DNA of 64,000 bases, taken from Vulcanimicrobiota bacterium. Its GTDB lineage: Bacteria; Vulcanimicrobiota; Xenobia; Xenobiales; JADMJV01. The notes beneath the pieces were generated by a model. That model did no database searches. It was not told where the DNA came from and saw only the letters and a program-made list of their open reading frames with translations. The position numbers and the translations under genes were made by a program. Of the stretch, positions 37,385-48,800 are shown one piece after another; position 1 is the first letter of the stretch; each line of letters starts with the position of its first letter. Location: the NCBI GenBank assembly GCA_050250895.1, contig JBFWNU010000005.1, positions 64,001 through 128,000 on the forward strand, in the 5' to 3' direction.

Positions 37385-37501
37385 TCCCTCGATTATACCG
37401 TCTCAGAGTAGAGCTGTCACCCGGACAATCTTCCCAGGCGCTGGCAGGTGTAGTTGGGTACTCTGTGAAATTATGTCGGCCATCATAATTTCGGAGGCAC
37501 T

Positions 37502-38164
37502 ATGAACGTCAATCCTCGCCGTCGCCCGGACCTTTCGGTGGAATGGCTGCAAGCCGAGGCCCTGGTCTATTGTCAGCAGAGTCAGCGCGCCTTTTGGCTC
37601 AGTCCGGGCTGCGCTCGCCTGCTGGAACTGTGTGATGGAACCCGGGACGAGTCCCGATTGTTCGAGGAACTGGCTGGCGAAGATGGACCGACTTGCCTCG
37701 AGGCGCTCCGCTCCCAGGGTTTGCTCGAAGACGCTCACCTGATCCATCGGCGCGATTGGCTCACCGCCGCCGCGGGAGCCCTGGTCATGGTCGTCGGCGC
37801 TCCCTTGCCGGCCCTGGCTGCTTCTACCGCTTGCATCACCAACATCGACTGCTCGGGGGGAGGATTTGGTTGCAACCCTTGTGATATCGCCAACGGAGCC
37901 CCACCCGATTGCACCCGGACGCCACCCACCTTTTGCATGCAGCAGTTCCAGGTTCGCAAGATGCCCGACGGCACGCCCATCGGTTCGAGTTGCGTGGGCG
38001 ACACGCCGCGAGCCGTGCCCCGCAACTGCGAACCCGAGCAGGCGAGCGGGTTCTGGGATCGCAATTGCAACGTCGCCCGTCAGGCCGTGGTCGATCTTTG
38101 GCTGGCGCAAGCCGAGCCTCGGCCCGACAACGTCTCTGATTACAAATGTTGCTTCTGCTCCTGA
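37502..38164 (+). CDS. PqqD/RRE domain fused to an internal twin-Arg signal-like segment and a Cys-rich tail
   Basis: EALVY...AFWLSP...LLELCDGTR (PqqD-like); HRRDWL...APLPALAAS; 10 Cys after it, ending KCCFCS. Confidence 0.75.
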   Translation: MNVNPRRRPDLSVEWLQAEALVYCQQSQRAFWLSPGCARLLELCDGTRDESRLFEELAGEDGPTCLEALRSQGLLEDAHLIHRRDWLTAAAGALVMVVGAPLPALAASTACITNIDCSGGGFGCNPCDIANGAPPDCTRTPPTFCMQQFQVRKMPDGTPIGSSCVGDTPRAVPRNCEPEQASGFWDRNCNVARQAVVDLWLAQAEPRPDNVSDYKCCFCS

Positions 38165-38895
38165 GCTAGACTGATCCCCCTCACCTGGTTGAGCCGGACG
38201 ATCTCGGCCAGGTGAGAGAGGTTTTCGCGGGCGGCTGTGTAGTTCTGCAGGTGAGCAAACAGATGCCAGGCCGTCTGACCCGGGGTCAGCTGCGCTCGGG
38301 CCGGGCCTTCGACCCGGACCGCGGCCAGAGGATAAGGCTGCCTGGCGGGCTCGAGTTCGAGTGCAGCAGGCCCGTCGTGATAGGGATGCACAATCCCGTT
38401 GAAGTCGAGAAAGACGTGGCGCGAGGCCAATAGCTTGGCGCCCCGAGCACGCAGCTGCCCGACCCGTTCACCGGCGCGGACCGCGGCCGCCCCAAGATAG
38501 AGGTGGGCTCGCTCCTCGAGTTCGACGGCCAGTCCCCGCAAGGCGAGTTTTTCCACCGGGCGGGCGGCCACCGAAAGATGGACCAACCGATTGAGTTCTT
38601 CGAGGACCGGTTCCACTTCGAGCGAGCGCAGCCAGCGAAAGCTCCACTGATAAAGCAGAAAATAGCTGCGAAAGCCGCGAGGACGACGAGCCACCCCGGC
38701 CACGGAGAATAAGATCTGGGCCTGGTCCAGGGGCTCGACCCGCCATTCGGGCAACAGAATCTCGCGGCGGACGCGTTCAGCCAGGGCCGGCTCTTGAAAG
38801 CGAAACCCTAATCTGGTGTGTTCCGGTTTGACCGAAAATCCTTCCGCCCAGACCAGGCGGTCGAGATCGTCTGTTCAGCCGCGTTTGGTAGCCAT
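38140..38895 (-). pseudogene. HprK-related kinase homolog with an in-frame TGA at codon 7 and a degenerate P-loop
   Basis: GAGGGAG-ATG at 38895, MATKRG*TDDLDRLVWAEGF... continuing in frame into the 38140-38754 ORF; ...VFLDFNGIVHPY; GxxxxGKS absent. Confidence 0.55.
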
Positions 38896-38940
38896 GTTCT
38901 CCCTCAAGAAATCTACTCTGAGGAAGAATTATTATGCTCG

Positions 38941-40014
38941 TCATAATCGGGTTCCTGCAGTCTGGAGTTCCCAAATGGCGGCGCTTCCGCCCGAGATGGT
39001 CAGGTTACGATCTGACCACCAGTCGACAAAGGAGGGGGCCTGAGAGTGGCTCAGGTTGGCCCTCGTCTGACCGTTCTGGGTATCCCACACCACCACCACG
39101 CGGCAATCGGGCGGGGTGGTGGCGGCCCAGCGGCCGTCCGGACTGAGCGTGTCCACCAGGCGAGTGGCCAGCTGGTTGTGCGAGAGGGCTCGGCCGGAAC
39201 GAGGCTCGAAGACGGTAGCTCGCGCCTCACCACGAACCAACAGGCGTTGTCCGTCTCGGCTGACCGCATAACCGCGCAGGCCGGCTTGCTCGAGAGGAGG
39301 GCCCAGAGGTTGGCCGGTGTCGGTCTGATAGAGGCGAGCATGATCGAGGTGGGGCCGGCCGCGAAAGCGGAAGCAGGCGGCCAACCACTGGTCATCGTGG
39401 CAAAAGTCGAGACCCGCTGGAGTGAGTCCGTCTTCGAACTGTCTGAGCAGGCGGCGCCGCTGCAGGTCAAAGATGCGAATGCCCTCTTCGAAACAGCCGG
39501 TGGCCAAATAGCGTCCGTCGCGACTGACCTGGCTGTGAAGCAGATAGGGCTGTTCGAGTCGCCAATAGAGTTTGAGGTTGGTGGCTTGCCACAGGTGCAG
39601 GTTGCCAGTGCCGCGGGCCATCAAGAACCGGCCGCGATAGGCCACCTCGCGCACCAGCGAATCGGTTTTGAGTCGTCTGGCTTTCCACTTCGGGGCCTCG
39701 AGCACGATGACGGTCTGACCCGAGGCGATGGCCAGGGCCTGACCGTCGCTGCGCCAACTCAAGCAGCGCAGCGGCGCCACCGGCGCCTCGATGGCGAACG
39801 GTTTGACCAGCTCTCCGCCGGTGCGGTCGAAGACGCCGACAAAGAAGCTATCGGCATTGCGACCCAGGGCTCCGGTCACGGCCTGGTCGTGGCTGACCGA
39901 AACCACCAGGTCCTGGCCGAATTCGGCCACTTTGCGGGCGGGGCTGTCCAACCAGCCAGAGAGAAGCTGGCCAAGCGCGGCCAAACAGAGAAAAAGAAGA
40001 ATCCTCGAGCGCAT
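38941..40014 (-). CDS. WD40 beta-propeller protein with N-terminal anchor
   Basis: SRDGRYLATG, IRIFD, SPDGRWAAT, VVVWD repeats. Confidence 0.85.
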   Translation of the reverse strand: MRSRILLFLCLAALGQLLSGWLDSPARKVAEFGQDLVVSVSHDQAVTGALGRNADSFFVGVFDRTGGELVKPFAIEAPVAPLRCLSWRSDGQALAIASGQTVIVLEAPKWKARRLKTDSLVREVAYRGRFLMARGTGNLHLWQATNLKLYWRLEQPYLLHSQVSRDGRYLATGCFEEGIRIFDLQRRRLLRQFEDGLTPAGLDFCHDDQWLAACFRFRGRPHLDHARLYQTDTGQPLGPPLEQAGLRGYAVSRDGQRLLVRGEARATVFEPRSGRALSHNQLATRLVDTLSPDGRWAATTPPDCRVVVVWDTQNGQTRANLSHSQAPSFVDWWSDRNLTISGGSAAIWELQTAGTRL

Positions 40015-40025
40015 CCTCAGCGCTT

Positions 40026-41309
40026 CTAGTCTTCGGGAAAGGACCCTCCAAAGGCCTCGGCCAGGCTGCGCAGGCGCTGGCGGCGTCGGCCTTCGAGAGT
40101 GGCTGCGGCGGTGGCCGCCCCCAGCACCAGGCCGCCTACCGGGGTGAAGGCCGCGCCTGCCAGGGCCCCCACTGCCGCCCCGGCCACCATGCCCTTGAAG
40201 CCGAGCTTCCAGCCGGCCAGGTGGGGTCGCAGGTTATCGTAAAGCAGCCGCGTTTCGTGGGCGATGAGGGCCAGTAGCTTCTCGAAGCGCTCGTCCCGAC
40301 GCACCGTCAGGCCATCGGGTTCGAGCGTTAACGATTGCCCATCGGCGATCACTAAAAGCCCGGCCGGCCCTTTCTCCCAGGCTAGCGGTTCGGCCGTCAC
40401 TCCATCGACTACGAAGACGAGCTGGGCGGGCCTTTCGCTGAAAAGGATTTGAATCCAGAGGGCCGGGCCTGGCCGGTGAAAGAGTTCGCGGAAATAGGTC
40501 TGAGCGTTCCAGCCGGCCTGTTCAGATTGGCGTTGGCCCTGGACGAACTGCAGTCTCGCCGGGTTTTTGGCCAGATCGAGCGGAAAGATAACCGAGCGCG
40601 ACTCCTCGGGGGGCAGGGCGAAGCGCTCGGCCAACACGAAGGCGGCCGTCTCATGGGCCTGCTGGTCGAAGAGCTTGACCAACCCCCACAGGGGGCTGTT
40701 GATCTGGCGACCGTCCATCCACACCGGCACGGGGGAAAAGGCGCAGCGGGCGGCCACGGAGCGGTGTTCGGCCAGGCGACTCAGCAGGCGCGTATCGATG
40801 AGGCCTCGGCTGGGCGGAGCCTCGTGAGTGCGCGTCAGAGCTATAAACCGGCCGCGACCCGAGGGCTGCACATGGACCGTGGCGCCCTGCAGACCAAAGG
40901 CCAGATGGTAGGTGGTCTGACCGTCTGACCAGCGCAGGTCCAGGCGCTGCAAGTTGGTGGCCCGGCTAGCCTCGAGGCTGGCCGCCAGCTGGCTGAGCGC
41001 GGCCCGCTCGGCGCCGGGTCGGCCCAGACCATCGAGCAAGTCGTCCACGTCGAAGCGGGGCAGCTCGAAGGGGTCCTCGGCGACCACTCGGGTGCGCTCG
41101 ACCCGTATCCCGATGTTGACCCGGCGTGCGCGAGCCCCGACGGCGGCCTGGACGAACCTCAGCAAGTAGTGAGAAGGATCGGGATGCCCGGGCTGGTGGA
41201 ATCGCTCGACGAAGGGCCCCAGGCGGGCTGAATGCTCAAAAGTATGCGAAGTCCAACCCAGCCCCGGGGTTGTATCCAGAAACTTGTCGAGGCCGGAGGG
41301 GCTTTTCAT
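40026..41309 (-). CDS. Hypothetical protein with a C-terminal Gly/Ala-rich membrane segment
   Basis: Long ORF with host-like composition; DPSHYLLRFVQAAV may be a degenerate GHKL-like N-terminus. Confidence 0.6.
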   Translation of the reverse strand: MKSPSGLDKFLDTTPGLGWTSHTFEHSARLGPFVERFHQPGHPDPSHYLLRFVQAAVGARARRVNIGIRVERTRVVAEDPFELPRFDVDDLLDGLGRPGAERAALSQLAASLEASRATNLQRLDLRWSDGQTTYHLAFGLQGATVHVQPSGRGRFIALTRTHEAPPSRGLIDTRLLSRLAEHRSVAARCAFSPVPVWMDGRQINSPLWGLVKLFDQQAHETAAFVLAERFALPPEESRSVIFPLDLAKNPARLQFVQGQRQSEQAGWNAQTYFRELFHRPGPALWIQILFSERPAQLVFVVDGVTAEPLAWEKGPAGLLVIADGQSLTLEPDGLTVRRDERFEKLLALIAHETRLLYDNLRPHLAGWKLGFKGMVAGAAVGALAGAAFTPVGGLVLGAATAAATLEGRRRQRLRSLAEAFGGSFPED

Positions 41310-41349
41310 CTCTGCCCCAGCTTTCCACGACGAACGGGCCCTACCTCCG

Positions 41350-42795
41350 CTAAAAGGGGACGGGGGCCTCCAGGCAGAGCCAGCGCTGCCGGTGGGGATG
41401 GCGCAGCTCCAGCTTCTGAGCGTGCAGACGCAGACGGCCGTCGGGGGTCCCGTAGAGCCGATCGCCGCGAACGGGGCAGCCGAGTTCGAAGGCGGCGTGG
41501 ACGCGAATCTGGTGACTGCGCCCGGTCACCGGAGAGAACTCGACCCGCCGCCCGTCCAGGCAGCGATAGAGGGTCTGACTCGGCCGACCGGCGGGGTCGG
41601 GGCGATAGCAGCCTGGTCGGTTGGGATCGCTGGCGATAGGTTGCTCGAGCAGCCCCTCAGGCTGGTTGGGCCGGGCCGTCAGTTCGGCCACGTAGGTCTT
41701 GCGTGCGTTCCGCTCCTGGAACTGCCGCTGCAATCCGGCCTGGGCCGGGCGTGTGCGGGCGAAGAGCACCACCCCCGAGGTCTCGAGATCGAGGCGATGC
41801 ACCGGCAACAGGTCGGGCCCCAGCCGGGTCAGCACCGAGTCCTGGTTCCAACCCGCCTGGCCCGGCACGGTCAAGACGCCGGGTGGCTTATCCACCGCCA
41901 GCAGATGCTCGTCGTCATAGAGCACCCGGATGGGCCGGGCCCCGGCCAACAAAGGGCCGAGTAGCGGCTGACAACGGGCAGGGCAGGCCGTGTAAAACTG
42001 CCCGGGCTGGCGACCGGGCCTGGCCGGACCCCACCAGAACTCGGCCAATCCCAGCGGCTCGAGCCTTTGTAGGGCCGCCTGATAGAGCAGCTTGGGAGCA
42101 CAGCAGTCGCCGGTGCCGGTGGGGGTGCCGCGGGGAAAGAGCGAGGCCAGCGACCACGGCAGGTCGGCAAAGAGCGCCTGGTCGAACTGCTGGTGGATTT
42201 CTGTCTGTAATTGGCGCGATAGTTGGCGGCGCTCGCGTCGCAACCTTTGCTCGTGCTGGATCAGATCGTGGAGGGGAGCCAGTTGGGCCTGGCGGACGCG
42301 TTGGAAATCGCGTTTCTCGGCGCTTTGCCGACGGCTCTGCTGGTCCAGGTCCGGTCTCGGCCCGGCCTGACGGGCCTGATGCCGTTCCTGGCGGTCGGCG
42401 CGGTGCCGCGCCATCAGCGCGGCCTGTTGTTGGTCGAGAGCAGTTTTCAACCGTTCGAACTCAAGCTTTCTCTCGTTCAATTCGGCCAGTTCAACCCGGA
42501 TCGCTTCGAGACGGGGCAGGGTGGCCCGCTCCAGCGGCGTCTCGGCTGGATCGAAGATGGGATCGACCCAACCCGGCAGACGACGCTGGCCCTGCCAGCA
42601 CCCCGAGAAGGCGCGCAGCACCACCCTCTGGCCCTGCGGGTCTCGGGCCAACAGCACCCCGAACATCTTGCCCTCGTCACTTTCCAGCCGGCCCATCAGC
42701 TGGCGGGCCGCCTCGATGGCTTCGGGGCTACGCGCCAGGCGCAGCCGCCGCCCTGTGATCGGGCAATCCCCCTCGTAGAAGTAGTCAGCGTCCAC
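41350..42795 (-). CDS. RluA-family pseudouridine synthase with N-terminal extension
   Basis: GKMFGVL, GDCCAPKLL, VDKPPG, VHRLDLETSG, TGRSHQIRVH, GDRLYG, LHA. Confidence 0.92.
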   Translation of the reverse strand: MDADYFYEGDCPITGRRLRLARSPEAIEAARQLMGRLESDEGKMFGVLLARDPQGQRVVLRAFSGCWQGQRRLPGWVDPIFDPAETPLERATLPRLEAIRVELAELNERKLEFERLKTALDQQQAALMARHRADRQERHQARQAGPRPDLDQQSRRQSAEKRDFQRVRQAQLAPLHDLIQHEQRLRRERRQLSRQLQTEIHQQFDQALFADLPWSLASLFPRGTPTGTGDCCAPKLLYQAALQRLEPLGLAEFWWGPARPGRQPGQFYTACPARCQPLLGPLLAGARPIRVLYDDEHLLAVDKPPGVLTVPGQAGWNQDSVLTRLGPDLLPVHRLDLETSGVVLFARTRPAQAGLQRQFQERNARKTYVAELTARPNQPEGLLEQPIASDPNRPGCYRPDPAGRPSQTLYRCLDGRRVEFSPVTGRSHQIRVHAAFELGCPVRGDRLYGTPDGRLRLHAQKLELRHPHRQRWLCLEAPVPF

Positions 42796-42882
42796 CTGGC
42801 TGCCTTCGGCGGGGGGGCGGAATATCCCCAGGAGTCCTCGCGACGGTCCAGAACAATCCGCCCTCTGGGAGTAACACGAATC

Positions 42883-45800
42883 ATGCGACGTCTGTTGATA
42901 TTATTGGCCCTCTGCCTTTTGTGCGGTTGCCTGACCCCGTCAGAAAGGGCCCTCGGCTCGACCCCTGAGGCCGAGCGAACACCCGGCTTCGAGTTCACCC
43001 TGGCCGACGGGTCCGAGGCCGGCAAGCCCCCCGAGCAGCTGCCGGTGCCCAAGACCACGCCGATGACGGCCGAGGCCACCAAAGCCCTCCTGGATCGTTT
43101 GCCCAAGTTGCCCCAGTTGGCGGGTGACAAGACGCCTTTTGCCAAGCGGGAAGACTCCAAACCGCTGCCCAAGACCGGAAAGACGGTCGAAGAGTCTTTC
43201 CCCCCCCCTCCCCGCGACCTGCCGCCGGTGGAAGTGACCAGTGGCCCGCTGGAGGTGGTTCGTTTTTCGCCCGAGGGCGCCGTCGAACTGGCTCCCTTCC
43301 TGAGTGTCACCTTCAACCAGCCCATGGTCGCCGTGAGTTCTCAGAGCGAAGCCTCGGCCGTGCATCCCGTCAAGCTCACCCCCGAGCCGCCGGGAGAGTG
43401 GCGCTGGGTGGGCAGCAAGACCCTGCTTTTTAAGCCCAAGCCGCGTTTCCCCATGGCTACCAAATACCAGGTCGAGATTCCCAGCGGTACCGTCAGTCAG
43501 GCCGGGCAGAAACTGGCGGCCGCCAAGTCCTTCACCTTCACCACCCCGGCTCCCCGGCTGCTGCAGAAATATCCCGAAGTCGGCCCGACCGTCCGTGATC
43601 CCCTGATCTTTCTCGGTTTCGACCAGGCCATCAGCCCTGAGAAGATGAGCGGGCATATCACCCTCAAGGCCGACGGCAAAACGTTCCCGTTCCGCCTGGC
43701 GACGGCCGCCGCTCGGGCCGAAGACACTCAGATCACCAGTCTGATCGATCAGGCCGAAGAGGGTCGCTGGCTGGTCATTCAGCCCAGCCAGCCCCTGCCT
43801 CTGGCCAGCACCATCACGGTTACGGTCGAGGCCGGAGCCCCCTCCGAGGAGGGGCCCTCCACCACCCCTGCCCCTCAATCCTTCACCTTCTCCACCTATT
43901 CGCCGTTGAAGGTCGTCGATCAGAATTGCGACCCCGGCGACCATTGCCCGCCGCTTTCCCCCTGGTGGGTCGAGTGCAACAACCCCCTCGACGAGAAGAA
44001 CTTCATGCCGGCCATGGTGACGGTCAGTCCCGAGGTGCCCGGCTTCAAGGTCGAAGCCCAGGGCAGCTACCTGCGCATGCGTGGGCGCACCAAAGGCAAC
44101 ACCACCTACACGGTGACCATCCACAAGCGGCTGGGTGACAGCTTCGGCCAGTTTCTGGGCGAGCCTCAGGAGCTAAAGTTCCATGTGGGACGGGCCAACA
44201 AAATGCTGCGCTCGACCACCCAGGGTATGACCGTGCTCGACCCCTACGCCAAGCCCAGCTTCCCGATCTACACGGTCAACATCAAAGAGGTGCGAGTGCT
44301 GGCCTATGCGCTCACCCCTCAGGATTGGCTGGCCTTCGGCAAATACTATCACGGCTGGCGCAACGAACCGCCGCCGCCGATTCCCGGGCGCCAGGTGCTC
44401 AACACCACCGTCCAGATCAAGGCCGACCCTGACGAGTTGGCAGAGACCAACCTCGATCTCAGCCAGGCTTTGCCCGACAAGTTCGGCCAGCTGGCGGTCA
44501 TCGTCGAAGATACCGACATGCCACCCAAGCGTTACGAACAGCGGCGTCTGGTGGCCTGGGTCCAGGCCACCAACATCGGCCTCGACGCCATGCTCGACGG
44601 TCAAGAACTGGTGGCCCTCACCACCGATCTTCGCGATGGAAAGCCCCTTCAGGGCGTCGAGGTCTCGATTTCAGAGTCGACGGTCAAAGGCCAGTCCGGC
44701 GACAACGGCCTGACCACGCTGGACCTTCCCGGCGAGCGCTCCAAGCAGACCAGCATGTTGCTGGCTCGCCAGGGCAAGGACCTGGCCATTCTGCCCGAGC
44801 ACGCCTACTTCTACGAGAGCCAGGGCAACTGGCTCAAGCGCACCGACACCGATTCCTTGCTCTGGTATGTGGTCGACGACCGTCAGATGTACCGACCCGG
44901 CGAGAAAGTCAGTGTCAAAGGTTGGATCCGGCGCATGGCCGCCGGCCCCAAGGGCGACCTGGAGGGGCCGCCGACCCAAGCCAAAGAGGTCTCCTACACC
45001 GTCTTCGACTCGCGCAACAATAAAATCGGCGAGGGTAAGGCGGCACTGGCCGCTACCGGAGGCTTCGATTTCAACTTCCAACTGCCGGCCACGCCCAACC
45101 TGGGCTACGCTCGCATTCAGCTCGACACCAGCTCGGGCCTGGGTAACAGTTCGACCAGTCACGGTTTTCAGATTCAAGAGTTTCGGCGCCCCGAGTTCGA
45201 GGTGACCAGCTCGCCCAGCGACGGCCCCCACCTGCTGGGCGGCCAGGCCACCGTCACTGTCCACGCCAACTATTACGCCGGCGGCGGGTTGCCCAACGCC
45301 GAAGTCAACTGGTCGGTGTCGAGTTCGCCGGGCAGCTTCTCGCCCCCCAATCACCCCGAGTTCACTTTCGGTCGCTGGACCCCGTGGTGGGATATGGGGC
45401 CCTGGTGGCGCACCCCCGAAAACCCTTACAACTCGAAGTCGCTTTCCAGTCACACCGACAGTTCGGGAGCCCACACCCTGGAGCTGAAGTTCCAGTCGGT
45501 CTGGCCCCCTCAGCCCATGTCGGTCTCGGCCCAGGCCTCGGTGGAAGACGTCAATCGCCAGTCCTGGGCAACCTCCAGCTCTTTGCTGGTGCACCCCGCC
45601 AAGGTCTACGTCGGTCTCAAGAGCCCGCGCACGTTCGTGCAGCAGGGCGAGAAGTTCGAACTCGAGACCATCGTGGCCGACCTCGACGGCAGGCTGCAGA
45701 CGGGCACGCCCATCTTGCTCGAATTGGTTCGCCTGGAGTGGGCCTATGAAAAGGGCGAGTACATCCAAAAAGAACTCGACCTGCAGACCCAGACCATCAC

Positions 45801-48800
45801 CTCGGCGGCCCAGCCTCAGAGTTTTAGCTTCAAACCGGGCGAAGGCGGCAGCTATCGCCTGACGGCCACCGTCAAAGACGCCGATGGTCGCCTCAACCAG
45901 AGTACCCTTTCTTTGTGGGTAGCCGGCGGCAAGGTGCCCACGAGTCGTTCGGTCGAGCAAGAGCGGATCACCATGATCCCCGACCGTAAGCAGTACGCCC
46001 CCGGTGACACCGCCGAGATTCTCATCCAGGCTCCTTTCGCCGACGCCGAGGGGGTCGTGTCCCTACGTCGCAACGGTCTGCTCAAGAAAGAGCCCATCGT
46101 GCTCAAGGGCACCAGCTATACCCTCAAAGTGCCCATCGAAGAATTCCACACCCCCAACCTCTACGTCCAGGTCGACCTGGTCGGAGCCGCGCAGCGCACC
46201 GGCCCCGACGGCAAGCCACTGGACACCGACATCAAGAGACCAGCTTATGCCACTGGCATGCTCAATCTGTCGGTTCCGCCCCTGGCCCGCAAATTGACGG
46301 TCGAGGTGGCACCGGCCGTCAAGGCCCTCTCGCCGGGTGGAGAGACCCAGCTCCAGTTGACCGTCAAGGATGCCGCCGGCAAACCTGCCCAGAACTGCGA
46401 AGCGGCCGTAGTGGTGGTGGACGAGTCGGTGCTGGCCCTGACCGGATACCGCCTGCCCGACCCCCTCAACACGTTCTATCCTGGCCGGGGAGCCGGCGTC
46501 AGCGACTACCACTCGCGTGGCTATGTGGCTCTCGCTTCGGCCGACCTGCTCGAGAACGCCAATGAGGGAGTCGCCCCGGGCATGGCCGTCGACCTCGAGG
46601 GCGGCGAGGCCGATGAACTCTACGCTGACGCGGCCGTAGCCGGCCGCGCCATGTCGGCGGAAGAGAGGCCCGCTCCTTCGGCCGCGCCGCGCCCCGAGGC
46701 CAAACAGGCCTTGCGTCGCGACAAGACCTCCAACAGTGCTCAGCCCGCCCCCGATGAGCCTATCGCGATGCGGACCAATTTCGACGCTCTGGCTCTGTTT
46801 GCGGCGGAGGTGCCCACCAACGCTCAGGGTCAGGCTACGGTCAAGATCAAAGTGCCTGACAACCTGACCCGCTATCGCATCATGGCGGTGGCCGTGGCCG
46901 GCAACCGCGAGTTCGGCCAGGGCGAGTCGACCTTGACCGCCCGGCTGCCCCTGATGGTGCGCCAGTCGCCGCCGCGCTTTCTCAACTTTGGTGACCACTG
47001 CGAACTGCCGGTGGTTTTGCAGAATCAGACCGACGCTCCGATGGAGGTCCAGGTGGCCATGCGGGCGACCAACGCCAAGCTCGACGACGCCCTGGGTCGC
47101 CAGGTCGTAGTGCCCGCCAATAACCGCGTCGAAGTCCGCTTCCCGGTGGCTGCCGACCAGGCCGGCAAGGCTCGCTTCCAGGTGGGAGCTCAGTCCCAGA
47201 GCGGCTCGGACGCCTCGCAGTTCGAGTTGCCGGTGTGGACGCCGGCCACCAGCGAGGCCTTCGCCACCTATGGCGAGATCGACCAGGGAGCCATCGCCCA
47301 GCCGGTCAAGATGCCGGGCGAGGTGTGGCCCCAGTTTGGCGGGCTCGAGGTGACCACCAGTTCGACTGCGGTGGGAGCCCTCACTGACGCCGTCCTTTAC
47401 CTGGTGGCCTATCCCTTCGAGTGCTCCGAGCAGGTGGCCTCACGCGTCATGTCCATCGCCGCCCTGCGCGATGTCTTGAGCGCCTTCAAGGCCGAGGGCC
47501 TGCCGCCCGAGAAAGAGCTGCTGGCGGCTGTCGGTCGCGACATCGAGAAGCTCAAGAACATGCAGAACTACGACGGCGGCTGGGACTACTGGATCCGCGG
47601 ACGCGAGTCCGACCCTTACCTGAGCATCCATGTGGGTCACGCCCTGATCCGGGCCAAGCAGAAGAAGTTCGCCGTGCCCGAGGATGCCCTCGAGCGCAAT
47701 CGCCAGTTCCTGGTCGATATCCAATCGCACATTCCTTACTACTACAGCCAGGAGGCCAAGTGGGCCCTGCGGGCCTACGCCCTCTACGTTCGCAACCTGG
47801 CTGGCGACAACGATCCGGCCACGGCCAGGGCACTGCTGGCCGAGGTTGGCCCCATTGACAAAGTCGGCCTCGAGACGCTGGGCTGGCTGTTGCCGGTGCT
47901 CTCGAAAGACCCGGCCTCGGCCGCTCAGGTGAAGGCTATCCGCCTGCACTTCAACAATCGTGTCTCCGAGACGGCAGCCACGGCCCAGTTCGCCACCAGC
48001 TACGGCGATTCGAACTATCTGCTGCTCTACTCGGATCGCCGGGTGGACGCGGTGCTGCTCGAGGCGCTCATTCTGGACAGCCCTAAGAGCGATATCATCC
48101 CCAAGATCGTGCGCGGTCTGCTCGACCATCGCAGCCAGGGCCACTGGGGCAACACCCAGGAGAACTGCTGGGTGCTGCTAGCCCTCGACCGCTACTTCAA
48201 CACCTACGAGAAGGTCGAGCCCGACTTCGTGGCCCGGGTCTGGCTGGGGCAGCAGTATGCTGGCGAGCACGCTTTCAAAGGCCGCACCACCGAAGAGTCG
48301 CTCATCAAGGTGCCCATGAAGTTGCTCTCCGAGAAAGCCCAGAACCTGGTCTTGCAGAAAGACGGCAAGGGACGCCTCTACTATCGCATCGGCATGCGCT
48401 ATGCGCCCAAGAGCCTCAAGCTCGAGCCCGCCGACTACGGCTTCGTGGTCGAGCGCCGCTACGAGGCGGTCGACGACAACCGCGACGTGACTCGCGATGC
48501 CGACGGAGTCTGGCATGTCAAGGCTGGAGCCAAGGTGCGGGTGCGCTTGACGATGGTGGCCCCCGAACGCCGCTATCACGTGGCCCTGGTCGACCCGCTG
48601 CCGGCCGGCCTCGAGGCCATGAACCCGGCTCTGGCTGTCACCGGCGAGGTGCCTCGCGAGCCCAACGCCAGCCCTTACTGGTGGTGGGGAGGCACCTGGT
48701 ACGAGCACCAGAACCTGCGCGACGAGCGCACCGAGGCCTTCAGCTCGCTGGTCTGGCCCGGCGTCTACGAATACAACTATGTGGCCCGGGCCACCACTCC

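Noticed and set aside
38875-38877. In-frame TGA as selenocysteine
   Set aside because: The position is not a catalytic Cys equivalent and I see no convincing SECIS; treated as a nonsense codon.
42223-42882. 220-aa N-terminal extension of the alpha-2-macroglobulin ORF
   Set aside because: Antisense to the RluA gene; a signal peptide and lipobox begin at ATG 42883.
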